Position numbers and translations under genes: made by a program. This document shows positions 30,866 through 40,509 of a stretch of 64,000 nt of DNA, one piece after another. The notes under the pieces were generated by a model. The model had not been told where the DNA came from. It did not search any database and saw nothing but the letters and a program-made list of their open reading frames with translations. Source of the stretch: Alphaproteobacteria bacterium (GTDB taxonomy: Bacteria; Pseudomonadota; Alphaproteobacteria; UBA2966); NCBI GenBank assembly GCA_964291395.2, contig OZ219857.1:1-64000 (forward strand), given 5' to 3'. Positions within the stretch are counted from its first letter, which is position 1. The number at the start of each line of letters is the position of its first letter.

Positions 30866-32260
30866 TCACGCAGCGGGATAGCGATCGGCGATCAGGGCGT
30901 ACACGGCGCGCATGGCGTGAGCCTCGCCGCCCTCGGGACGCCCGGGGCGGGAGCGGCGGTTCCAGCCATAGATGTCGAAGTGCGCCCAGGCGCCCGCGTG
31001 CTCGACGAAGCGGTCCAGGAACAGCGCCGCGGTGATCGACCCCGCCATCCGGTCCTCGCCGGCATTGCTGATATCGGCGACCCGCCCGCGGATCATGCTC
31101 GCGTAGGGCCGCCAGAGAGGCATGCGCCACACCGGATCGGAAACCGACGCGCCGCAACGGGCGAGATCCTCGGCAAGCCCGTCGTCGTGCGTGTACAACG
31201 CGGCGAGATCGGGCCCGAGAGCGACGCGGGCGGCACCGGTCAACGTCGCGAAATCGAACAGCAGCTCGGGTTTCTCCCGATCGGCTTCGGCCAGGGCGTC
31301 CGCCAGGACGAGGCGCCCCTCGGCGTCGGTGTTGCCGATCTCCACGGTCACGCCCTTGCGGCTCGTAAGCACGTCGCCGGGGCGGAAGCTGTCGCCCGAG
31401 ACGCTGTTCTCGACCGCCGGGATCATGACGCGCAGACGAACCCTGAGCCCGGCGTCCATGATCATCTGCGCCAGCCCCAGCGCCGCGGCGGCACCCCCCA
31501 TGTCCTTCTTCATCAAGGCCATGCCGGACGCCGGCTTCAGATCGAGGCCGCCGGAATCGAAGCAAACGCCCTTGCCCACGATCGTGACCTTCGGGTGTCT
31601 CGCCGACCCCCACCGCATGTCGATCAACCGGGGCGCCCGGTCGCTCGCCCGGCCCACGGCGTGGATCATGGGGTAGTTCCGCTCGAGCAACGCGTCGCCG
31701 ACGACGACCCGGCATCTCGCGCCGCCCGCATGCGCGACGCGTTTGGCCTCGGCGGCCAGTTCCGCGGGTCCGAGATCGGCGGCGGGCGTATTGATCAGGT
31801 CGCGCACGAGCGCGACCGCGCCGTACGTCCGCAGGATTCCGGAACGGTCGGCGCCCGACGGCCACACCAGGCGGGCGCACGTCCCGTCCTTCCCCTTGCC
31901 GTAGCGCGTGAAGGCATAGCCGCCCAACGCCCATCCGAAGGCGACCTTGGTCACGAGACCCGCCTCGAGGGAGCCCTCCAACCGGTACGTGCCGCGCGGC
32001 AGCGACGACGGGAGAGCCGCGAAATCCCAGAAGGCCGGCGAGGCCGCCATGCCGCACAAGGCCGACGACGGCGCGCCGCCTCTGCCGGGAACCAGCAGGT
32101 GCTGTCCGCACTTGCCTTCGAAACCGTTGGATTTCACCCACGACCTGACCGCCGGGGGCCGGGACGCCAGCCAGGACGGCAGGGCGTCCTCGCTCAGCGG
32201 ATGAAGGGGGACCGCGCGTCGCGCCGCCGATACGAACGCCGGCAATTCGGTCATCGACAT
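30866..32260 (-). CDS. M17 leucyl aminopeptidase family protein
   Basis: GKGVCFDSGG, MKKDMGG, NTDAEGRL and ATLTGA motifs. Confidence 0.95.
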   Translation of the reverse strand: MSMTELPAFVSAARRAVPLHPLSEDALPSWLASRPPAVRSWVKSNGFEGKCGQHLLVPGRGGAPSSALCGMAASPAFWDFAALPSSLPRGTYRLEGSLEAGLVTKVAFGWALGGYAFTRYGKGKDGTCARLVWPSGADRSGILRTYGAVALVRDLINTPAADLGPAELAAEAKRVAHAGGARCRVVVGDALLERNYPMIHAVGRASDRAPRLIDMRWGSARHPKVTIVGKGVCFDSGGLDLKPASGMALMKKDMGGAAAALGLAQMIMDAGLRVRLRVMIPAVENSVSGDSFRPGDVLTSRKGVTVEIGNTDAEGRLVLADALAEADREKPELLFDFATLTGAARVALGPDLAALYTHDDGLAEDLARCGASVSDPVWRMPLWRPYASMIRGRVADISNAGEDRMAGSITAALFLDRFVEHAGAWAHFDIYGWNRRSRPGRPEGGEAHAMRAVYALIADRYPAA

Positions 32261-32279
32261 CTCGAGGCCGGGGCGCCGG

Positions 32280-33251
32280 TCAGAGGGTGACGACGACGTT
32301 GCCCATCACCCTGCCGCTTTCCACGGCCTCGTGCGCCTCGACGATGTCGGCCAGCGGATACGTCTCGGCGATCGTGTGCCGGAGCGACCCGGCCTTCAAC
32401 AGCTCATTGACCGCCGCCGCACAGGCGTCGCGCACCTCGTCCGTCAACCGATACATGATGAAGAAACGGAAGGTGATGTCGTTGCGCATGCACCACACGG
32501 CGGGGATCTCGGCGGCCGGCGGCGTCGAGCCGTAGACGACGACCGTCCCCCCGGGCCGCAGGACGTCCGGAATCAGACCCGCATTGCCGCCGAGATCGAC
32601 CTCGACGATGCGATCGACGCGACGCCCTCCCGTGATCTCCTGCACCCGTTCGCCCACGTTTTCGGTCTTGTAATCGATCGTGTGATCGGCCCCGCCGGCC
32701 CTGGCGTGGGCCGCCTTCTCCGCCGAGCTCACCGTGGCGATCACGGTCGCACCCTGCAACTTCGCGATCTGTACGACGTAGTGTCCCACGGCACCGGCAC
32801 CGCCCGGCACGAGAAGCGTCTGCCCCGAGACATCGCCATCCAGGGTCAGCGCCCGATAGGCCGTGAGCACGGGAATGCCGAGACAGGCACCGGCGGCCTC
32901 GTCCGTGCCTCCGGGCAGGGGAACGGCATAATCCGAGCCGATCGCGATGTACTCGGCTGCCGTGCCGTGCGGCCGGCGCCACTGGCCGTTGATCGTCCAG
33001 ACCCGCTCTCCGATGCGGGACTCGGGTACCCCGTCGCCGACCGCGTCGACCTCTCCGGCGCCGTCGCTGTGGGGAATGATGGTGGGGAATTCCAAGTCCA
33101 TCCCCTGGCGCTTCTTCACGTCGGACGGATTGACGCCCGACGCCGCGACGCGGATCCGCACCTCGCCGGGTGCCGGCGTCGGCGTGTCCACTTCACCGAC
33201 TTCCAATACGTCGGCAGCCGCGCCCTTCCGGCGATAGTAGGCAGCTCTCAT
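32280..33251 (-). CDS. NADPH:quinone reductase (zeta-crystallin/MDR family)
   Basis: GVNPSDVK, HSDGAG and GGAGAVG motifs. Confidence 0.9.
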   Translation of the reverse strand: MRAAYYRRKGAAADVLEVGEVDTPTPAPGEVRIRVAASGVNPSDVKKRQGMDLEFPTIIPHSDGAGEVDAVGDGVPESRIGERVWTINGQWRRPHGTAAEYIAIGSDYAVPLPGGTDEAAGACLGIPVLTAYRALTLDGDVSGQTLLVPGGAGAVGHYVVQIAKLQGATVIATVSSAEKAAHARAGGADHTIDYKTENVGERVQEITGGRRVDRIVEVDLGGNAGLIPDVLRPGGTVVVYGSTPPAAEIPAVWCMRNDITFRFFIMYRLTDEVRDACAAAVNELLKAGSLRHTIAETYPLADIVEAHEAVESGRVMGNVVVTL

Positions 33252-33278
33252 TCCGTTTCTCCTCGTACGACGGAGTCC

Positions 33279-34733
33279 CTAGTCGTATCCCGGCGGCGGC
33301 ACGAAGCCTCCGATCTCGTCGGCAAGCAGACGTGCGAATTCGATCGTCGTGTGGTCCTCCAGGTGAGGGCCGACAATCTGCACGCCGACCGGGAGACCGT
33401 CCGGCGTCAGGCCGGCCGGCGCCGACGTCCCCGGCAGGTAGACGTTGCAGCTGATGCCCGCCCAGAAGAGCTGGTCGTTGTAGTTCTCCTGCCTGCCGTT
33501 GACCGTGACGGTCCGGAAGAACCGTTCCACGTCCTGCTGATGGGGCATGGCGGCGGTCGCCGCCACGGGGCACAGCAGCACGTCCCAATCCCGAAAAAAG
33601 GCCTCCCAGGCGGCCCGGTCCCGCGTGCGCTGCTGATCGGCGACGGACCAGTCCCGATGGGACTGGACCGCGGCACGCAGCGCGCGGGCCCGGAAGCTCT
33701 CGTCGTCGGCCGACAGGGCTACGGCCTGTTCCGCCGCGTCGTCGATGAAGGATTGCGGCAGGATGCCCGCCGAGGCGCCCCTCAGGAGTTGAACGTAGTT
33801 GGCATGAGCCTCCGCCATGTCGATCTCCGCACGGGCCGAGTCCGAGACCAGGGCGCCTGCCTTGGCACAGGCATCGGCGACCGCCTGTATACGGTCGGTG
33901 ACGTCGCCGTCGACGGCGCAAACCGGAGACTCCAGCAGCACGGCGACGCGGTAGTCCGACAACTTGGCGTGGCGCGGCCCCGGCAGCTCGAGCTTCCAGG
34001 CCTTGGCATCGAGGCCGTCGGCGCCGGCCATCACGTCGAGCGCGGTCGCCAGATCCTCGGCACTGCGCGCCATGGGCCCGACCACGAGGATGTCGAGAGG
34101 CTTGGGATAGCCCGGAAAGTCGTGGCCGGTGGTGGGCAGGATGCCGAAGGTCGGCTTGTGTCCGTAGACGCCGCAATAGTGCGCCGGATTGCGGATCGAG
34201 GAGCCGATGTCGCTGCCCGCATCGAGGGCGGAGAGACCTGCCGCGAGAGCGGCGGCCGATCCGCCGGACGAGCCTCCGGGTGCGCGCGAGAGGTCCCAGG
34301 GATTGTTCGTCGTGCCGTACATGACGTTGAAGGTCTGCCAATCCATCAGCCAGAGCGGCACGTTGGTCGTGCCGAACAGGATGGCGCCGGCGTCGAGGAG
34401 ACGGTCGACCACGACGGCGTTCTCCTCCGGAACGTGCGACGCGAGGCCGGGATCGCCCCATGTCATGTGCAGACCGGCGACGCCGAAGGCTTCCTTGATC
34501 GTCATGGGCACGCCGTGAAACGGCCCCCAGATCTCATCCCTCGCCAGCGCCTCGTCGGCCCGGCGCGCACGTTCCCGGGCGCGCTCCGGATCGAGCTCGA
34601 TGATGGCGTTGAGGCCCGGGTTGTAGCGGTCGACCCTGTCCAGGCAGTGGTCGAGGAGCTCGAGGCATCCCACGTCCCCGGCCCGCACGCGGCGCGCGAG
34701 TTCGAACGCGGGAAGATAGGCGATGTCGCTCAT
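33279..34733 (-). CDS. Amidase (AS family)
   Basis: GVPMTIKE, GGSSGGS and GSDIGSSIRNPA motifs; start MSDIAYL at 34733. Confidence 0.92.
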   Translation of the reverse strand: MSDIAYLPAFELARRVRAGDVGCLELLDHCLDRVDRYNPGLNAIIELDPERARERARRADEALARDEIWGPFHGVPMTIKEAFGVAGLHMTWGDPGLASHVPEENAVVVDRLLDAGAILFGTTNVPLWLMDWQTFNVMYGTTNNPWDLSRAPGGSSGGSAAALAAGLSALDAGSDIGSSIRNPAHYCGVYGHKPTFGILPTTGHDFPGYPKPLDILVVGPMARSAEDLATALDVMAGADGLDAKAWKLELPGPRHAKLSDYRVAVLLESPVCAVDGDVTDRIQAVADACAKAGALVSDSARAEIDMAEAHANYVQLLRGASAGILPQSFIDDAAEQAVALSADDESFRARALRAAVQSHRDWSVADQQRTRDRAAWEAFFRDWDVLLCPVAATAAMPHQQDVERFFRTVTVNGRQENYNDQLFWAGISCNVYLPGTSAPAGLTPDGLPVGVQIVGPHLEDHTTIEFARLLADEIGGFVPPPGYD

Positions 34734-34940
34734 GTCCCGTTCCCAGTCGTCGTCGGTCGAGGAAGTTTCACCAGCCGCCGGCGCAGCCGAAAACCTTCCC
34801 TTCCAGAATATGCCTGCGGCCATGGCAAGGAGGCCACCCGCGACCAGGCGGAAACGGCGGGCATCCCGTGATATCGCTTGAGGCACTCGGGAATCCGGGA
34901 GTATGGTCGGACCCACGTCACCGGCCAGCCTTGGCGGATC

Positions 34941-35885
34941 ATGAGTAATACCGAACTCGATGCCTTGCAACCCGACCCGTCGACGACCGCGACGGAGATA
35001 TACCGGAACGCCGGAGTCGACGTGGTTCCGGTTGCGGACGCCATCGGCGCCGAAATTCGCGGCCTCGACCTGAGGAACGAACTCACTCCGGCAGCCCGTG
35101 CCGCGGTGCACCGTGCCTGGCTCGAACACTGCGTCATCCTCGTGCGGGACCAACGGCTGAGCGATGCGGACCTGATTCGGTTCAGCCGCGGCTTTGGCGA
35201 CCTCGACCACGGCCCGCCCATGCCGCGTGCGGCGGACCACGACACCCATCCGGAAATCTTCATCGTTTCGAACGTGTTGGAGGACGGACAGCCGATCGGG
35301 TTTCTCGACGACCGCCCACTGCCGTGGCACACCGACATGTCCTATGCCGAGGTGCCTCCGAAGGCCAGCACGCTCCACGCCCTGGAAGTGCCGGAAGACG
35401 GAAGCGGCAGCACCGGTTTCATCAACATGTACAAGGTGCTCGACTCCCTGCCCGCGGCACTGAGGAACCGCATCGCCTCGCTGCAGCTGAAACACGATCC
35501 CGCCCACGCTCTGCAGGGTGAGGTTCGACACGGTTTCGATGCGGAGGCATACGAACACATCGAGTCGGCGCCCGGACCCGTGCACCCTCTCGTACGCACG
35601 CATCCGGAGACCCGCCGAAGAGCCTTGTATCTTGGACGCCATTGGAACGGCGACAAGCGCGCGACGTTCGTCCCGGGTATGTCACGCGCCCAGTCGGACT
35701 CGCTTCTCGACGAACTCTGGCAATTCGTCGCCGAGGAGCGGTACGCCTGGTACCACGAGTGGCGCGTGGGCGACTACGTGATGTGGGACAACCGCTGCGT
35801 CATGCACCGGCGCGGTCCCTTCAACTCGGCCATGCGCCGCGTCATGCACCGCACACAGATCAAGGACACCGTGCGGCCGATGTAG
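34941..35885 (+). CDS. TauD/TfdA Fe(II)/2-oxoglutarate dioxygenase
   Basis: WHTDMSY, HPLVRTHPET and WDNRCVMHRR motifs. Confidence 0.92.
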   Translation: MSNTELDALQPDPSTTATEIYRNAGVDVVPVADAIGAEIRGLDLRNELTPAARAAVHRAWLEHCVILVRDQRLSDADLIRFSRGFGDLDHGPPMPRAADHDTHPEIFIVSNVLEDGQPIGFLDDRPLPWHTDMSYAEVPPKASTLHALEVPEDGSGSTGFINMYKVLDSLPAALRNRIASLQLKHDPAHALQGEVRHGFDAEAYEHIESAPGPVHPLVRTHPETRRRALYLGRHWNGDKRATFVPGMSRAQSDSLLDELWQFVAEERYAWYHEWRVGDYVMWDNRCVMHRRGPFNSAMRRVMHRTQIKDTVRPM

Positions 35886-35900
35886 CTCCTGCGCCTTCTC

Positions 35901-36887
35901 CTAAGCCGCCACGAACCCGAAAACGATCGCGTGAGACGTGGCCGGGTCGAGGAAGAAAGCCGGGTCCCGGTCATCCCGACGGACGTCGTTGTCGACGATG
36001 GCGGCACCGCGCTCCTTCAGACCCTCGCGCGTTTCATGGAGGTCCTTGCAGCGCAGAACGACGTCGTGGACACCCTTGCCCCGGGTGGGGCGGAATCGGG
36101 TCAGCGGGTGCCCTTCCCCGAAGTCATGGGCGACTTCGCGGAACTGGAGGTCCGCGTCGCCGATCTCGACGCGCGACCACGGCAGGCCCGATCCGTTCTC
36201 CGCGCCGCGCTCCCGGACGGTCATTCCGATGACCTTCTCGCAGACGCCGGTGGCCGCATCGACGCCGTCGACAAGAATCCCCACGTGGTCGATACCGTCG
36301 AAATAGGGTGACACGGGCGTCTCCCCGCCATCGAGCGTATCGAGCCAGCCGCCTTCCTCGTCGTTCCAGACCAATCCGTCGGCCTCGCTGCGCTCGGTGA
36401 ACTGGAGGAGCACGCCGAAGGTATGTTTGGGATCGGGGAAGAAGAGCTGGCTGCCCCGGATGCCGGGCCGCTCGCCGCCTGCCAGATCGTCGAACAGGGG
36501 TATGCCTTGGGCCTTCAACCTGCGCCAGGCGGCCTTGAGATCCGGCACTTTCACACCGATGTGATGGACCCCCTCGCCCCACCGTTCCAGGTAGCGGATG
36601 AACACGGCCGTATCCAGGTGCAGATTCCCTTCTTTCCCGACCTGGCGCAGCCGGGACGGGTCCCGCGGGGGGACGTAGTCGGGTTCCGCCTCGGAATCGA
36701 CGCCAGGCCTCGGCGGCTGCTGGATGACGAAATCCCCCTCCCCGAAACGGATGAGACCGTTCTTCAGGCCGCTGGTCGGATCCGTAGCGATGCCGTAGAC
36801 CGGCGCGCCGAGAACGTTCTCGAAGAAGTCGATGGCCTTCCGCCGGTCATGAATGGCCAGGCCGAGATGGTCGATGTTGGTGATCAT
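35901..36887 (-). CDS. Two-domain VOC family protein (methylmalonyl-CoA epimerase-like)
   Basis: Two repeats of IDH(L/V)G...G(E/K)GVH...F.DP. Confidence 0.8.
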   Translation of the reverse strand: MITNIDHLGLAIHDRRKAIDFFENVLGAPVYGIATDPTSGLKNGLIRFGEGDFVIQQPPRPGVDSEAEPDYVPPRDPSRLRQVGKEGNLHLDTAVFIRYLERWGEGVHHIGVKVPDLKAAWRRLKAQGIPLFDDLAGGERPGIRGSQLFFPDPKHTFGVLLQFTERSEADGLVWNDEEGGWLDTLDGGETPVSPYFDGIDHVGILVDGVDAATGVCEKVIGMTVRERGAENGSGLPWSRVEIGDADLQFREVAHDFGEGHPLTRFRPTRGKGVHDVVLRCKDLHETREGLKERGAAIVDNDVRRDDRDPAFFLDPATSHAIVFGFVAA

Positions 36888-36926
36888 GGTTTCCGTTCCC
36901 CCGCGATTGGATTCCGATGCCGGCTC

Positions 36927-38504
36927 TCACGACGGCGGCGGCGTCCGGTACGTCTCCACCAGACGGCGGCGGAGCAGTTTGCCCGTAGGACCCTTGGGCA
37001 TCGTTTCGATGAACCGGATCGTCTTCGGACACTTGTATGCCGCCAAGCGACGGCGGCAGAAGTCGATGATCTCCTCCACGGCCGGCGTGGCTCCTTCGAC
37101 CGGCACCACGAACGCCCTGACCTCTTCACCGTACTTGGCATCGCCGACGCCGACGACGGCCGCCTCCCGGATTTCAGGGTGCTGCAGCAGGACCTCGTCG
37201 ACCTCGCGCGGATAGACGTTCTGGCCGCCGCGAATGATCAAGTCCTTCTTCCGGTCGACGATGTAGAGGTAGCCGTCGGCGTCCAAGTAGCCGATGTCTC
37301 CGGTCAGGAACCATCCATCCCGGAAGGCGGCCTCCGTTGCCTCCGGGTCGTTGAAGTACCCCCGCGTGATGGCGCTGCCCTGAAGAATGACCTCGCCCCG
37401 CGCTCCGGGCGCGAGGGGATGGCCGTCATCGTCCGCGACGGCAATACGCGCGTCGCCGATCGCCCGGCCGACGGAGCCGAAGCGACGATAACCCTCTTCC
37501 CGGCCGGGCCGAAACACCCCTTGCGGCGGCACGGGGTTGAACGTGACGCGGCAGACCGTCTCGGTCAGGCCGTAACCCTCGATGATGACGGTGCCGAACG
37601 CGCGCTCGAACTCCTCCAGCAACGGCACCGGCAGCGAACTGGAGCCGCAGATGAACAATCGAAGACCATGGGCCGGAGGCGCTGACGCGCCCGACGCCCG
37701 ATGCGCCTCGAGCAGGATGTAAAGCACGGTGGGCGCGGCGCTGCAGTAGGTCGCTCCGGTCTCCGCAGCGAGGGTCCAGAACGCGGACGCGCTGAACCGC
37801 CGCGGCACAACGACGCTGGCCCCCGCGACGAGGGCCGCGATCACGGAGTGCATTTCGGCGTTGGTGTGATAGAGCGGCAGGACACAGAGGGAACGATCCT
37901 CGGGGCCGAATCCCATCCAATCGACGATATAGTAGCAATCCGCCAGGATGTTCCGGTGGCTCAGCATGACCCCCTTGGGACGGCCGGTAGAACCCGAGGT
38001 ATGGACGATCTGAGCGACGGAGTCGGCGTCCACGTGCGGCAGGGACGTGCCGCCCCGGTCGGCAGGTTCACGTGAATCCCACAGGGATCTCGGATCGTCG
38101 CAGACGCGTTTGGCGGGGCATCCGTCGCGCCGCACCAGCTCAACGAAGTTCGAGTCGGCGCAGACGACCTCGACCGCCGCATTGGCGAGGATGAAGTCGA
38201 CCTCGCTTTCCCGCAACGCCGTGTTGATCGGGCAGGCGACGGCGCCCAGCGACATGACTCCGAAATAGACGACGACGAAGTCGAGGCCGTTCGCCATCAC
38301 GAGGCCGACGTTATCGCCGGGCTTCACGCCCCACTGGTCGCGCAGGCATCGGGCGACGGCGCGGGTCGCTTCGCGCAATTCGGCGTAGGTCAACTCGGCG
38401 TCGTCATCCGGGGCGGTCAGGAAGGGGCGATTCGGCGTCGCCGCCGCCCGCAACTCGATCAGCGCGGGCAGACTTTCGAATATCCTGGGTTCGACTTCCG
38501 TCAT
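36927..38504 (-). CDS. AMP-dependent acyl-CoA synthetase
   Basis: HTSGSTGRPKG, EGYGLTE, TGDIG and KGPTGK motifs. Confidence 0.92.
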   Translation of the reverse strand: MTEVEPRIFESLPALIELRAAATPNRPFLTAPDDDAELTYAELREATRAVARCLRDQWGVKPGDNVGLVMANGLDFVVVYFGVMSLGAVACPINTALRESEVDFILANAAVEVVCADSNFVELVRRDGCPAKRVCDDPRSLWDSREPADRGGTSLPHVDADSVAQIVHTSGSTGRPKGVMLSHRNILADCYYIVDWMGFGPEDRSLCVLPLYHTNAEMHSVIAALVAGASVVVPRRFSASAFWTLAAETGATYCSAAPTVLYILLEAHRASGASAPPAHGLRLFICGSSSLPVPLLEEFERAFGTVIIEGYGLTETVCRVTFNPVPPQGVFRPGREEGYRRFGSVGRAIGDARIAVADDDGHPLAPGARGEVILQGSAITRGYFNDPEATEAAFRDGWFLTGDIGYLDADGYLYIVDRKKDLIIRGGQNVYPREVDEVLLQHPEIREAAVVGVGDAKYGEEVRAFVVPVEGATPAVEEIIDFCRRRLAAYKCPKTIRFIETMPKGPTGKLLRRRLVETYRTPPPS

Positions 38505-38811
38505 GGACGCGCCCGTACAAGCGCCGAGGGGATCGTGAAGTTCCGCTCGGCGACCTGCCTCAGCCTCGAGAACTCGGCGGAGTCCTAGCTCTCCGCAACC
38601 GATACGTCCAATACGGATTTGAGAGGCCGGATTTACCGTCGGCGCCGCGCAGGACGTCGAACGCGTTCACGTCCGCGTTCACCCGGTCGCGACAGGCATG
38701 GGACTCGCCCCGCGCCCGGCGTCGTCACGACACTTTCAGCCTCCACGGGCTGTTTCCCGCCGCGGCCGTCAGCATGGCGCGCGAAATCGGGCGGGCGCCC
38801 ACGGACGCCGA

Positions 38812-39015
38812 TCAGATGCTCCGGCGGGCGGGCTCCTCGGCCACCGTGAAGCGGGCGTAGCAATCGCCGCGGGTCTCCTCGGCGACCCGGCGCCACGCAA
38901 CCAACGCCGCGTCACGATCCGAATAGGGGCCCATCACACGCTCGCTGCCGCTCACGAGCTCGTTGAAGCTCGTATCCGTGTACTCGCCGCCAACGACCCA
39001 GAATCTCGTATTCAT
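38812..39015 (-). CDS. DUF4170-like small protein
   Basis: MNTRFWVVGGEYTDTSF......ERVMGPY...A...W. Confidence 0.75.
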   Translation of the reverse strand: MNTRFWVVGGEYTDTSFNELVSGSERVMGPYSDRDAALVAWRRVAEETRGDCYARFTVAEEPARRSI

Positions 39016-39043
39016 CACAGGATCCCCCGCCGATTGATGTGCG

Positions 39044-40336
39044 CTATTCGGCCGCAATGGCCGGCGTTTCGAATTGGGCGGTCTCCGTCGAGTCGGCAAG
39101 GGCCGTGGTCGAAGACCGACCGCCGCCGATGGCTTCGGCAACGGCATCGAAGTACCCGGTGCCCACCTCGTGCTGGTGACGCGTCGCGGTGTATCCCTCG
39201 GCCTCGGCGGCGAACTCGGCACCCTGAAGCTCCGCATACCCGGCCATGCCGCGGTCCCGGTAAGCCCCGGCGAGCTCGAACATGCCGTGGTTGAGGACGT
39301 GGAATCCGGCGAGGGTCACGAACTGATACTTGTAGCCCATGGCACCAAGCTCGCGGTGGAACCGTTCCATGGTGGGAACGTCGAGGTGGGCCGACCAGTT
39401 GAAGGAGGGCGAACAGTTATAGGAGAGCATCTTGCCCGGGAATTCCGCGTGTATGGCCTCCGCGAAGCGCCGCGCCTGCTCCAGATCGGGCGTCGACGTC
39501 TCCATCCAGAGGAGGTCGGCGTACTCGGCGTACGCCAGACCGCGGGCGACACAGCGCTCGAAGCTCGTACCTTCCCGGAGCCGGTAGAAACCTTCCGCCG
39601 TGCGCTCACCCGTGAGGAACTCGCGATCCCGCTCGTCGACATCGCTGGTGATCAGCTTGGCGCTTTCCGCATCGGTCCGCGCGAGGATGATCGTGGGTAC
39701 CCCCATGACATCGGCCGCGAGGCGGGCCGCCAGGAGGTTGCGGATGTGTTGCTGGGTGGGAATGAGGACCTTGCCCCCCATATGCCCGCACTTCTTCTCG
39801 GAAGCGAGCTGGTCTTCGATGTGGATGCCCGCGGCACCGGCTTCGATATAGGCCTTGGTGACTTCGAACGCATTCAGGACGCCTCCGAAGCCCGCTTCGG
39901 CGTCGGCGACGATGGGGACGAACCAGTCGATGCCGCCCTCGCCGTCCAGCATCTGGATCTGGTCAGCACGACGCAGGGTGTTGTTGATGCGCCGAACGAG
40001 CTCGGGTCCGCTGTCGCTCGGATAGAGGCTCTGATCGGGATACATCGAGCCCGCTTTGTTGTTGTCCGCGGCGACCTGCCAGCCGGACAGGTAAATGGAC
40101 TTGAGACCGGCCCGCACCATCTGCATGGCCTGATTGCCGGTGACGGCGCCAAGCGACCGCACGGGCTCCTCATGCTGCAGCAACTGCCAAAGCCGCTCCG
40201 CGCCCCGGCGGGCGAGGGTGTGCTCGATGCGAATGCTGCCGGAAAGCCGCTCGACATCGGCCACCGTGTAGTCCCGGCGAATGCCGGCAAAGCGGCCGGA
40301 CGGCGCCCCACTTCGCTGCTCCATCTCCCGCTGCAT
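39044..40336 (-). CDS. aceA: Isocitrate lyase
   Basis: [19 protein letters not shown] and YNCSPSFNW motifs. Confidence 0.98.
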   Translation of the reverse strand: MQREMEQRSGAPSGRFAGIRRDYTVADVERLSGSIRIEHTLARRGAERLWQLLQHEEPVRSLGAVTGNQAMQMVRAGLKSIYLSGWQVAADNNKAGSMYPDQSLYPSDSGPELVRRINNTLRRADQIQMLDGEGGIDWFVPIVADAEAGFGGVLNAFEVTKAYIEAGAAGIHIEDQLASEKKCGHMGGKVLIPTQQHIRNLLAARLAADVMGVPTIILARTDAESAKLITSDVDERDREFLTGERTAEGFYRLREGTSFERCVARGLAYAEYADLLWMETSTPDLEQARRFAEAIHAEFPGKMLSYNCSPSFNWSAHLDVPTMERFHRELGAMGYKYQFVTLAGFHVLNHGMFELAGAYRDRGMAGYAELQGAEFAAEAEGYTATRHQHEVGTGYFDAVAEAIGGGRSSTTALADSTETAQFETPAIAAE

Positions 40337-40448
40337 CGGTTCCTCCCCTACTTCAAGCTCAAACTGTGATACGTCGTGTTCGACGTAACTTAATTGACAA
40401 AAATCGGAATGGTCTATACCTCTCTGAATGTAAAAGGGTAATCGAGAT

Positions 40449-40485
40449 AACTTTGCAAATTTTTATTTTGTGAATTTGTAAAGTT
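40449..40485. promoter_or_regulatory. RamB-type operator pair
   Basis: AACTTTGCAAA (40449-40459) and inverted TTTGTAAAGTT (40475-40485) in the AT-rich aceA/ramB intergenic region. Confidence 0.75.
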
Positions 40486-40509
40486 AGAAAATAATGTAAG
40501 CTGTGGACG

